A DNA stretch of 64,000 nucleotides from contig JBEKTZ010000003.1 in NCBI GenBank assembly GCA_049515535.1, forward strand, positions 124,001-188,000, given 5' to 3'. The DNA comes from Candidatus Aminicenantales bacterium. GTDB taxonomy: Bacteria; Acidobacteriota; Aminicenantia; Aminicenantales; UBA4085. The notes beneath the pieces are model-generated. The model saw only the letters and a program-made list of their open reading frames with translations, made no database searches and was not told where the DNA came from. Each line of letters starts with the position of its first letter. The first letter of the stretch is position 1. Positions 1-8,547 of the stretch are shown here, piece by piece. The translations under genes were made by a program, and so were the position numbers.

Positions 1-388
1 AGGTCTCCCCGGGATGGATCCCGAGTTTTTGTTCGAAATGTTCAAGGACCGTGGCTGCGCCGCGGACGTGGCAAGCCGTCCCCATACAGACCGTGCAGAT
101 ATGGCGCCCCCGGGGTTTCAGGCTGAAAGATCTGTAAAAGGTGGCGACGCTGTAGACATGAGCCAAAGGAATGTCCAGATCACGCGCCACCTCATCGAGG
201 ATTTCCGGCGAGAGCCACCGGAAGTGATCCTGGATGTCCTGAAGGATGGGGATCAAGGCCCGCTTTTGGCCCTGGTATTTCGCGATAACGCGTCGGACTT
301 TGGCCTGTATCGAAACCGCCTCATCTTTTTTCTTCGGGGATCTGTTTCCCTTCGGGGGCGTTCGGGAGAGTCCCTGTTTCTGCGCCAT
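1..388 (-). CDS. NADH-quinone oxidoreductase subunit E / HydC-like [2Fe-2S] subunit (runs off the window)
   Basis: Manual translation of the minus strand: MAQKQG...ALIPILQDIQDHFRWLSPE...VYSVATFYRSFSLKPRGRHICTVCMGTACHVRGA. This is the NuoE-type CxGTAC motif. Not in the ORF track because the ORF is open at the window edge. Confidence 0.85.
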   Translation of the reverse strand, partial: MAQKQGLSRTPPKGNRSPKKKDEAVSIQAKVRRVIAKYQGQKRALIPILQDIQDHFRWLSPEILDEVARDLDIPLAHVYSVATFYRSFSLKPRGRHICTVCMGTACHVRGAATVLEHFEQKLGIHPGET

Positions 389-411
389 ACGGTTCTATGA
401 TTTTTCGCCCG

Positions 412-996
412 TCAGCGGCACCGCTGCCAGTCGGATTCGCTGAACGTGCGGTCCAGCTCTCTCCACAGGTCTTTCACGTCGCAGGTCATGACGATCAGGT
501 CCTGAGCGCCGCCTTTGATATCCTTGACGAAGTCGGGCAGCAACGTTTCCTCGCGGAAACCGAGCCGGCGGAAGATCTTCTGAGCCCCAACCTGGGGCCG
601 CATCATCCGGGCCACGATCGTCGTGATCTGGTTCTGGACGGCGATGAAATAGAGCTCGCGGATCATAATCGTTCCCAAGCCCCGGTGATGAAAAGGCCGG
701 GCGATTATCACGCGGATTTCCCCCTGGTGCTTGCTCCAGGCTTCCCCCGAGAGCTCCAGGGCTCCGCTGGCCACGATCACTCCGCCGTGGACGGCCACGA
801 TCCGGATGTCATCGCCGGAGTCGATGCGCCGGAGTCTCTTGGCCACGACTTTCCGGTCTGTGACGTCGAACTTCAGGTATTTCCGGTCCTCTTCGGGCAG
901 GGAGCTGTAAAAGTCCATCAGCCGGTCGAGGTCGTCCATGGTGAGCCTGCGGACCGTCACCTCCGTGCCGTCTCTTATTTTTTCTGTTTTTTCCAT
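412..996 (-). CDS. GNAT family N-acetyltransferase
   Basis: Acetyl-CoA binding motif FHHRGLGT and C-terminal FRRLGF, 194 aa. Confidence 0.8.
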   Translation of the reverse strand: MEKTEKIRDGTEVTVRRLTMDDLDRLMDFYSSLPEEDRKYLKFDVTDRKVVAKRLRRIDSGDDIRIVAVHGGVIVASGALELSGEAWSKHQGEIRVIIARPFHHRGLGTIMIRELYFIAVQNQITTIVARMMRPQVGAQKIFRRLGFREETLLPDFVKDIKGGAQDLIVMTCDVKDLWRELDRTFSESDWQRCR

Positions 997-1043
997 GAGC
1001 GGTCAGTCCTTTTCTGCCGGATGCCTCGCATCAATCTGGCTTC

Positions 1044-1072
1044 ACTATAGAAAGGGGCCGGGGAATTGTCAA
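1044..1072 (-). promoter_or_regulatory. Sigma70-type promoter for the GNAT/nuoE-like genes
   Basis: Minus strand TTGACA-17 nt-TATAGT. Confidence 0.65.
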
Positions 1073-1075
1073 GCA

Positions 1076-1360
1076 GTACTGTCAAGCATTTTGTGTGAAT
1101 TCGGCCAAAGGGACTCTTTGGAAGATCGGCAGATTATAGGTTACTTTTCCTGTAGGATTTTTTTTCCAATGCATCTCCATCTTTAGGCTGATGAGCGCCA
1201 GGAGACGATAACAGGCGTTCTCCCCGGCGATGATCTCCATAGTTTTGGTCCTTCGTTTGAACTCCTTGTTGAGCCGCTCAATGATATTCGTCGTCCGGAG
1301 CGCCTGCCATTCCTCCGGAGGAAACGAGATCTTCCGCCCCAATAACTGCTTCGAGATCAT
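1076..1360 (-). mobile_element. IS256-family transposase 3' remnant with its right end
   Basis: FPPEEWQALRTTNIIERLNKEFKRRTK is the IS256 C-terminal motif. The terminus gtactgtcaagcattttgtgtgaa resembles IS256 inverted repeats. Most of the transposase is missing. Confidence 0.8.
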
Positions 1361-1446
1361 CGACTGGCCAGGGTCTTTTTCTCTTTGTAATCGTAAGCGC
1401 GGTATTTGACGGAAGAGCTTCCACAATTGGGGGATAGAATAATCAT
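1357..1446 (-). pseudogene. ackA: Acetate kinase N-terminal remnant (29 aa)
   Basis: RBS aggag, then MIILSPNCGSSSVKYRAYDYKEKKTLASR*. Contains the acetate kinase NxGSSSxK signature and lies directly downstream of pta. Confidence 0.8.
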
Positions 1447-1473
1447 GGGGTTCTCCTTTTCGGCTCTTCGAGA

Positions 1474-2472
1474 TTACAGCCCGCCGGCCTGCACGGATGT
1501 GATCGCCACGAGGTGGACGATATCGTCCACGGAACAGCCGCGCGACAGGTCGTTGACCGGCTTGGCGATGCCCTGAAGGATGGGCCCGACGGCCTGGGCC
1601 TTGGCCAGCCGCTCGACCAGCTTATAGGCGATGTTCCCGGACTGGAGGTCGGGGAAGACGAGCACGTTGGCCTGGCCGGCGATGGGGCTGTTCGGGGCCT
1701 TGGACTTGCCGACCTTCGGGATGATGGCCGCGTCGGCTTGCATTTCCCCGTCGATCTTGAGGCCGGGGGCCTTTTCCTTGGCGATGGCCACGGCGTTCTT
1801 CACTTTATCGACGAGTTCGTGCTTGGCGCTGCCGCAGGTCGAAAAGGACAGCATCGCCACCTTGGGGTCCATACCGCACAGCACGCGGCCGGTTTCGGCC
1901 GAAGCGATGGCGATCTCGGCCAGCTCTCTTTCATTCGGGTTGGGCATCACGGCGCAGTCGGCGAAGATGAACATCCCCTTGTCGCCGAACTCGCAGTCGG
2001 GGACGATCATGATGAAGGAACTGGAGACGATGTTGATGCCCGGCTTGGTTTTGATGGTCTGGAGCGCGGGCCGGATCGTGTCGCCGGTCGAATGCTCGGC
2101 GCCGGACACGAGGCCGTCCGCCTCGCCCTTGTAGACCATCATCGTGCCGTAGAAGACCGTGTCTTTCATGATCTTCCGGGCTTCCTCGACGGTCATGCCC
2201 TTGGCCTTGCGCAGCTCAAAATAGGTTTGGGCGTACTCTTCGAAATTTTTCGCCGTTTCGGGGTCGATGGACGGGACGGCGCCGATATCGACACCCTGCT
2301 CCTTGGCCACGGCCTCGATCTTCGCCCGGTTCCCGATCAGGGTGACGCGGGCGAGTTTTTCCTTGGTGATGATCGCCGCCGCCTTGACCGTTCTCGGTTC
2401 CTGGCCTTCGGGCAGGACGATTTTTTTGGGATTCTTTTTGGCCTTCTCTTTCAGGCTCTCAAGCAAATTCAT
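1474..2472 (-). CDS. pta: Phosphate acetyltransferase
   Basis: IVLPEG, ADCAVMPNP, DGEMQADAA, FPDLQSGNIAYK and DLSRG motifs. Confidence 0.95.
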   Translation of the reverse strand: MNLLESLKEKAKKNPKKIVLPEGQEPRTVKAAAIITKEKLARVTLIGNRAKIEAVAKEQGVDIGAVPSIDPETAKNFEEYAQTYFELRKAKGMTVEEARKIMKDTVFYGTMMVYKGEADGLVSGAEHSTGDTIRPALQTIKTKPGINIVSSSFIMIVPDCEFGDKGMFIFADCAVMPNPNERELAEIAIASAETGRVLCGMDPKVAMLSFSTCGSAKHELVDKVKNAVAIAKEKAPGLKIDGEMQADAAIIPKVGKSKAPNSPIAGQANVLVFPDLQSGNIAYKLVERLAKAQAVGPILQGIAKPVNDLSRGCSVDDIVHLVAITSVQAGGL

Positions 2473-2577
2473 GCCTCGGCTCCTTTGATGAAAAATGCTC
2501 CTAAGTTGGATATATTAAAAAATTTAGGAAGCGATATTTTCTTCCTGACGGGGGATAAAGTCAAGGGGGGTAGCGAG

Positions 2578-2943
2578 CTGGCCGTCGAACAGTTTAATCC
2601 ACGTTGGATCCCATTTGATGAGGAGAACGGGTCCTGCCGCCGACCAGCCCCAGCGGCCTCGCTCATCACCCTGACGAGGGTCCCATTTCGCTTCGTCCTC
2701 TGGGGCGCCCCGGTCGGCGTCACCCGTTCTCCTCGCTTAATTTCTTATGTCAGAAAAGCAAAGGATATGCTGCTCGGAACCCGTCCGAGCGCGAGAGCGG
2801 GCATGGTTCGGAAAAACGCAGTTTTTCCGAGAGCTCGAGAGCGAGGCCGAGCGGATTTTCCGCGCTGGGGAAAATCCGCGTGGTGACGAGCAGCGTATCC
2901 TTTGCGTTCCCCGACGGGGATGGTAGAACTGTTCGACGGTCAG
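2578..2943. repeat. Family C composite structured element (MITE-like or ncRNA-like, about 366 nt)
   Basis: 17-bp terminal inverted repeat (2578-2594/2927-2943, one G-T pair) enclosing 13-bp and 19-bp internal stems. The core 2778-2884 is homologous to 21679-21780. Confidence 0.75.
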
Positions 2944-3030
2944 GGGGATAAAAAATAAGTTTGGGAAGAGATTAAAAGATCAGCCTATCGGAGATGCAGC
3001 AAATGGAGACAGGGATTCGCCCCCGCTTCC

Positions 3031-4509
3031 TTAAAAAGGATTTTCCGCCTTGTACAACATCCCCGCCGGGCGGTTGAACCCGATGTCCTCAACCCCGAGC
3101 ATCCGCGCCGCCGCGAACAGCGCTTTTCCGGCGTGGGCGAAGGCGACTGCGGTGTGGTGCGGGAACCGCTTTTCGATCAGGACATGACGGTAGAAGCGGC
3201 CCATCTCCTTGATCGCGAGCACGCCGATGCCGCCGAACGACTTTGGGTCGATGTCGAGCACTTCTCCCTCCGCGACGTAGGAGCGCAGGACCGCGTCCGC
3301 CGTGGACTGCAGCCGGAAAATCGTGACGTCGCCGGCCTTGATCCGGCCTTCGAGCGTCCCGCGGGTGATATCGGGTTTTTGGCCGGGCTCCATGAGGCGA
3401 TGCATGATGAGTTGGTATTTGAGCCCGCCGCCGATCAGGCACGTCGACGAAGTGTTGCCGCAATGGAACCCCATGAACAGATCGGTGGACTTGTAATCGC
3501 CGACGGTTTTTTTCGCGGTCCTGGCCATGTCGTAAGGCACGGTGTTGTTGATGTCGAGGAGGGTCGCCGGCCGCTCGGTCGCGCAAGTGCAGATATATTC
3601 GCTCAGCGCGCCGTAGATGTCCACTTCGCAGGCGACCGGAATCCCGCGCGTCGCCAGCCTTGAATTGACATAACAGGGGACGAAACCGAAATAGGACTCA
3701 AAGGCGGGCCAGCATTTGTTGGCGAAGATCCCGTACGCGGAGGCGCCCAGATTGTTTTCCATGAATCGTGTCAGGGCCACTTCGTATTGGGCGAGCTTGT
3801 CCAGCAGATCGGGGTAGGCGTTGCCCGCGCCCAGCTCCCTGGCCATGTCTTTCGCCACGGCCTTGATCGCCGGGTCGCCCTTCGTCTTGAGGAACGTATC
3901 GTAGAGGTCGAGCTCGCTGTTCTCCATGATCTCGACGCCGATGTCGTAAAGCGGCTTGATCGGCGCGTTGCAGGCGAGGAAATCCTGAGGACGCGGCCCG
4001 AAGCCGAAGATCTTGAGCCTTCTCAGGCCGAGGACGATCCGGGCCGCGGGAATGAACTCCGCGATCATGTCCGCGACCTCGCCCGGCGTGCCGACGGGAT
4101 ATTCGGGGATGTGGAGACTGAGTTTGCGGAGGCCGATGTTGTAAGACGCGTTGAGCATGCCGCAATACGCGTCGCCCCGGCCTCCGATGAGGTTCTGGCC
4201 CGTCTCCTCGGCCGCCGCGGCGATCATCACCGGACCGCCGAATCTTTGGGCGAGGATGGTCGTCGGCCCTTCGGGCCCGAAATTCCCGAGATAGAGGACG
4301 AGAGCGTTGACGTCGCGCGCGCGCAATTCCTCGAGGGCCTTGAGGGCGTCCTTTTCGTTCTCGACGACGGTCTTGATCTCGACGATGGGCATGGCCTTGG
4401 CCCGGCATTCCTTGACGACCGCGATTCTTCGTTTGCGCGAGAGTTCGATGGGAAAGCAGTCGCGGCTGACGGCCACGATCCCGAGTTTCACTTTCGGCAC
4501 ATTCTTCAT
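3031..4509 (-). CDS. L-fucose/L-arabinose isomerase family (FucI-like) protein
   Basis: Likely start MKNVPKVKL, overlapping the araD stop. Motifs GDAYCG, ANKCWP, ACEVD, GFHCGN and FPHH. Confidence 0.85.
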   Translation of the reverse strand: MKNVPKVKLGIVAVSRDCFPIELSRKRRIAVVKECRAKAMPIVEIKTVVENEKDALKALEELRARDVNALVLYLGNFGPEGPTTILAQRFGGPVMIAAAAEETGQNLIGGRGDAYCGMLNASYNIGLRKLSLHIPEYPVGTPGEVADMIAEFIPAARIVLGLRRLKIFGFGPRPQDFLACNAPIKPLYDIGVEIMENSELDLYDTFLKTKGDPAIKAVAKDMARELGAGNAYPDLLDKLAQYEVALTRFMENNLGASAYGIFANKCWPAFESYFGFVPCYVNSRLATRGIPVACEVDIYGALSEYICTCATERPATLLDINNTVPYDMARTAKKTVGDYKSTDLFMGFHCGNTSSTCLIGGGLKYQLIMHRLMEPGQKPDITRGTLEGRIKAGDVTIFRLQSTADAVLRSYVAEGEVLDIDPKSFGGIGVLAIKEMGRFYRHVLIEKRFPHHTAVAFAHAGKALFAAARMLGVEDIGFNRPAGMLYKAENPF

Positions 4510-5213
4510 TTTTTTTGGCTCCTTGGTTTCTGCCCGTAGGTGGCGAGCGGGCCGTGTTTCCTGAGAAAATGTTTTCGGAGGATATATGTCGGAAGGTCCT
4601 TGATTTTCGGATCGATCAGGCGCGCCATGACCGCCATCCTGGCCACGGCTTCGAGGGCCAGGCTGTTCTTGACGGCCTCGGCCGGCGTTTTTCCCCAGCA
4701 GAAAGGCCCATGGCCGGCGACGAGAACGGCGGGCGCGGCGAGGGGATCGAGTCGGGCGAACCGTTCGATGATGACCTCGCCGGTTTCGGCTTCGTAGTCG
4801 CCGCGGACTTCCTTGGCGGTCAGGAACCGGGTGACCGGGACCGGGCCCTTGAAATGGTCGGCGTGCGTCGTCCCGAGGCAGGGGATTTCCCTGGCGGCTT
4901 GGGCGAACGCGGTCGCGCATTCGCTGTGCGCATGGGCGATCCCGCCGACGCCCTGAAAAGCCTTATAAAGGGCGAGGTGCGTCGGCGTGTCGGACGACGG
5001 GCTCAATCTCCCTTCGACGACCTTCCCGTCGAGATCGACAAGGACGATGTCCGCGGACCGCATCTTTTCATAAGATACGCCGCTGGGCTTGATGGCCATG
5101 ATCCCTTTGATCCGGTCGATGCCGCTCGCATTGCCGAACGTCAGCATCACCAGGCCGTGTTTCACCAGGTCCAGATTGGCCCGCCAGACTTGGACTTTGA
5201 GGTCGGTCAGCAT
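4506..5213 (-). CDS. araD: L-ribulose-5-phosphate 4-epimerase
   Basis: TFGNASG, IKPSGV, PSSDTPTH, HAHS, GTTHADHF and HGPF class II aldolase motifs. Confidence 0.92.
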   Translation of the reverse strand: MLTDLKVQVWRANLDLVKHGLVMLTFGNASGIDRIKGIMAIKPSGVSYEKMRSADIVLVDLDGKVVEGRLSPSSDTPTHLALYKAFQGVGGIAHAHSECATAFAQAAREIPCLGTTHADHFKGPVPVTRFLTAKEVRGDYEAETGEVIIERFARLDPLAAPAVLVAGHGPFCWGKTPAEAVKNSLALEAVARMAVMARLIDPKIKDLPTYILRKHFLRKHGPLATYGQKPRSQKK

Positions 5214-5251
5214 TTTGATATCCTCGAAAAGAAAAGCATGAGACGGTGTCC

Positions 5252-6946
5252 TTATTTCGATAATTGTCCGTCGCGGATCTCGAGCAGCTCCTTCATCACA
5301 TTATACAACGAACCCGATCCTTCCGCGGTCCCGAACGCATCGTGAAGCTGTCGATATAATTTATAGAGCCGGTCATAGATGACGTAATCGGAGGGGACGG
5401 GTTTGAACGACTTTTTCCTGGTCCCGCACATCGCGGCCTGGGCCTCCGCGAACGTCGCGTATCCGCCGGTCCCCGCGCCCGCGACCACCGCGCCGGCGAT
5501 GGCCGAGCCGAGGGCGCACGTCTGGGCCGAACGGGCGATCTTCATCTCCTTGCCGATGATGTCCGCGTAGATCTGCATGACCAGCGGATTTTTCTCGGCG
5601 ATTCCGCCGCAGGCGATGATCTCGTCGATCCTGACGCCGTATTCCTCGAACCGCTTGACGATCGTCAGCGCGCCGAAGGCCGTGGCTTCGATCAGAGCCC
5701 GGTAGATCTCTTCCGGCTTCGTGTGCAGCGTCTGGCCGAGGAGAAGGCCGGTCAGGCGCTGATCGACGAGGACGGTTCGGTTGCCGTTGTTCCAATCAAG
5801 GGCGAGGAGCCCGGACTGGCCGGGCTTGAGCTTCGCGGCCTTTTTCGTCAGCGCCGCGTGCGTGCCCTTGGCCGGGCCTCCGGGCTGAACGTATTCGACG
5901 AACCAGTTAAAGATGTCGCCGACGGCGGACTGTCCGGCTTCGAGGCCGAAATAGCCGGGCAGAACGGAGCCATCCACGATGCCGCACAGGCCGGGAATGT
6001 CGGCGAGAGGCCGGTCGTTCGGCCAGACGCAGACGTCGCAGGTGCTCGTGCCGATGATCTTCACGAATTTTCCTAGAAAAACCCCCGAGCCGACCGCTCC
6101 GAGATGGGCGTCGAAAGCGCCGACGGCGATGGGAATGGCGCGGGGAAGGCCGAGCTTTTCAGCCCAGGCCGGAGAGAGCCGGCCCGCCGCGACGTCGGAC
6201 GTATGGGTCTTGTCGTAGAGCCGGTCGCGGAGCGCGCCGAGCTTGGGATCGAGCTTCGCCAGAAACTCCTTGGCCGGCAGGCCGCCCCATGCGGAGTTGA
6301 ACATGGCCTTATGGCCGGCCGCGCAGCGGCCGCGCAGGATCTTGTCCGGCCGCGTTTCTCCGGCGAGGACGGCCGGGACATAATCGCAGGCCTCGACCCA
6401 GCTCCAGGCCGCGTCGAACACCTCGGGATCGGCGCGCCGGCAGTGAAGGATTTTGCTGAAGAACCATTCCGAGGAATAGGTGCCGCCGCATTTGGCCAGA
6501 TACTCGGGGCGCTCTTTGGCGGCGAGGGCCGTGATCTCCGCGGCTTCGGCAAAACCCGTGTGGTCCTTCCACAGCCAGGCCATGGCCGCGGGGTTCTTCC
6601 TGAATTCCCGGTGAAAACAGAGCGGCGTGCCGTCCTTGTCCACGGGGATTGGGGTCGAGCCCGTCGTATCGACGCCGACGCCGATGACGAGAGACGGATC
6701 GAACCGCCTGTCCGCTTTTTTTGCGCGGGAGAGCGTCCGCCGGACCGCGGCTTCCATGCCCTTCAAATAATCGGCGGGGTTCTGCCGGGCGAGATCGGGG
6801 TTTTTGGGATCGAGGATGATGCCCGCTTGCCCCGACTCATAATCATGGATGGCCGTAGCCGCTTCGCGCCCGGTCCTGACGTCCACGAGCAGCGCCCGGA
6901 CGGAGTTCGTCCCGAAATCGAGGCCGAGAGCGTATGGGACTTTCAT
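5252..6946 (-). CDS. araB: Ribulokinase
   Basis: GLDFGTNSVR, DTTGST, WKDH, YSSEWF, GTSTCD, EAGQSAVGD and LDWNNGNR motifs. Confidence 0.92.
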   Translation of the reverse strand: MKVPYALGLDFGTNSVRALLVDVRTGREAATAIHDYESGQAGIILDPKNPDLARQNPADYLKGMEAAVRRTLSRAKKADRRFDPSLVIGVGVDTTGSTPIPVDKDGTPLCFHREFRKNPAAMAWLWKDHTGFAEAAEITALAAKERPEYLAKCGGTYSSEWFFSKILHCRRADPEVFDAAWSWVEACDYVPAVLAGETRPDKILRGRCAAGHKAMFNSAWGGLPAKEFLAKLDPKLGALRDRLYDKTHTSDVAAGRLSPAWAEKLGLPRAIPIAVGAFDAHLGAVGSGVFLGKFVKIIGTSTCDVCVWPNDRPLADIPGLCGIVDGSVLPGYFGLEAGQSAVGDIFNWFVEYVQPGGPAKGTHAALTKKAAKLKPGQSGLLALDWNNGNRTVLVDQRLTGLLLGQTLHTKPEEIYRALIEATAFGALTIVKRFEEYGVRIDEIIACGGIAEKNPLVMQIYADIIGKEMKIARSAQTCALGSAIAGAVVAGAGTGGYATFAEAQAAMCGTRKKSFKPVPSDYVIYDRLYKLYRQLHDAFGTAEGSGSLYNVMKELLEIRDGQLSK

Positions 6947-8379
6947 CGCGTCAACTCCTTTTCGATCTCTTCGAGGGTCTTGCCCTTTGTCTCCGGCAGG
7001 CGCCGTTCGATGAAGAAGAAACCCGCGACGCAGATCGCGGCGTAAAGCCAGAACGTGCCAGCCGGACCGACTCTTTTATTCAACAGCGGAAACGTGTAGG
7101 TCAACACGAAACAGGCGATCCATAGCGAAGCGGTGGCGACGGACATGGCCGCCCCGCGATTGCGGTTGGGAAAGATTTCCGAAATGACGACCCACGTGAC
7201 CGGGGCGAGGGACATGGCATAGCAGCCGATGGCCGCGACGACCAGGATCAGCATGTGCGGACCGTGGCTGTGCGCCTGGTAGCCGGAGCCCAAAAGAGTG
7301 TAAATGACGGCCAAACCGGCCGCTCCGATCAGCATCAGCTTCCGCCGGCCGGCGCGGTCCACGGCGGCGATGGCGATGAACGTGAAAATCAGGTTGACCG
7401 CGCCGGTGACGACGATGGCGAACAGAATGTCGGAAACTTTGTATCCGGCCGCGGCGAACACTTCCTCGGCGTAATTGAAGATGACGTTAATGCCGCACCA
7501 TTGTTGAAAGACCGCCAGCCCGACGCCGAGGAGCAGGATCTTCATCAGGCTCGGCTCGACGAGGTCCCGCCATCTCGTTTTTCGATTTTCTTCGCGGAGC
7601 GTGGCTTCGATCTCGGCCAGGGACCGGGCCGCGTATGTTTCGCCGCCGATCCTGGCCAGAACGTCGCGCGCCCGTTCGCGCGAGCCGTTCTTGGCCAGCC
7701 AGCGCGGGCTTTCGGGCACGGCGAACATCCCGATGAAAAAGAATGCGGCGGGAATCGCGGTTACGCCGAACATCCAGCGCCAGCCGATCTGGCCGTTCCA
7801 CGAGTTCAGGATCTGCCGGGCGGTGAAGTCCGGCGGGACCTTGTCGGCGATGAGCCAGTTGTCGACCTGGGCCAGCAGGATGCCGATGACGATCGTCAGC
7901 TGGTTGATGGATACGAGCTTGCCGCGCACGTTCGCCGGCGCGACCTCGGCGATATACATCGGCGACAGGTTGGAGGCCATTCCGATCGCCGTCCCTCCCG
8001 CGATCCGCCACGCGACGAAAGCGGGAAGACCGTGCGCCAGGGCGGTTCCGAGCGACGAGACGGCGAACATGAACGCGGAGAGGATCAGCAGCCGTTTGCG
8101 GCCGAATCGATCGCTCAGCGCTCCGGAGGCCAGCGCGCCGGCCAGACAGCCGACGAGCGCACAGCTCATCGCCCAGCCTTGCCGGGCGGGGTCGGCAAGG
8201 GCGAAGAACTTTTCGTAGAACGGTTTCGCGCCGCCGATGACCACCCAGTCATAGCCGAAGAGCAAGCCGCCCATCGCCGCGACCAGGGAGATAAACCAGA
8301 TAAAGGCCAAATTAAAATTCGTCGGGGAACGGGGAGACAGCGTTTCGGCGGAGGGGATCATAGCCGGCATTCTTCGCAA
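6943..8379 (-). CDS. Sugar porter family MFS transporter (AraE/XylE-like)
   Basis: GGLLFGYD, DRFGRK, PESPRWL, QQWCGIN and PETKG motifs with multiple hydrophobic segments. Confidence 0.92.
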   Translation of the reverse strand: MRRMPAMIPSAETLSPRSPTNFNLAFIWFISLVAAMGGLLFGYDWVVIGGAKPFYEKFFALADPARQGWAMSCALVGCLAGALASGALSDRFGRKRLLILSAFMFAVSSLGTALAHGLPAFVAWRIAGGTAIGMASNLSPMYIAEVAPANVRGKLVSINQLTIVIGILLAQVDNWLIADKVPPDFTARQILNSWNGQIGWRWMFGVTAIPAAFFFIGMFAVPESPRWLAKNGSRERARDVLARIGGETYAARSLAEIEATLREENRKTRWRDLVEPSLMKILLLGVGLAVFQQWCGINVIFNYAEEVFAAAGYKVSDILFAIVVTGAVNLIFTFIAIAAVDRAGRRKLMLIGAAGLAVIYTLLGSGYQAHSHGPHMLILVVAAIGCYAMSLAPVTWVVISEIFPNRNRGAAMSVATASLWIACFVLTYTFPLLNKRVGPAGTFWLYAAICVAGFFFIERRLPETKGKTLEEIEKELTR

Positions 8380-8547
8380 CTATATCGCCGGGCGTTTCTT
8401 TCTGTCAATAGCCCGACGCTATGCCGTCGACGTTCGGCCGCGGCTTCGCTATTTTCTCTCCCGTTTCTTTCCAATCATCGAAAGGTATGATATATAAAAT
8501 ATCACTGCTAAGTTTTTACGGGCAATCCGCATGACCCAGGAGGACCG

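Noticed and set aside
1361..1426. N-terminus of the 114-aa ORF as part of the transposase
   Set aside because: This DNA is the ackA remnant read out of frame.
4510..4920. N-terminal extension of the isomerase in the ORF track
   Set aside because: It overlaps araD in another frame. The ATG at 4509, coupled to the araD stop, is the better start.
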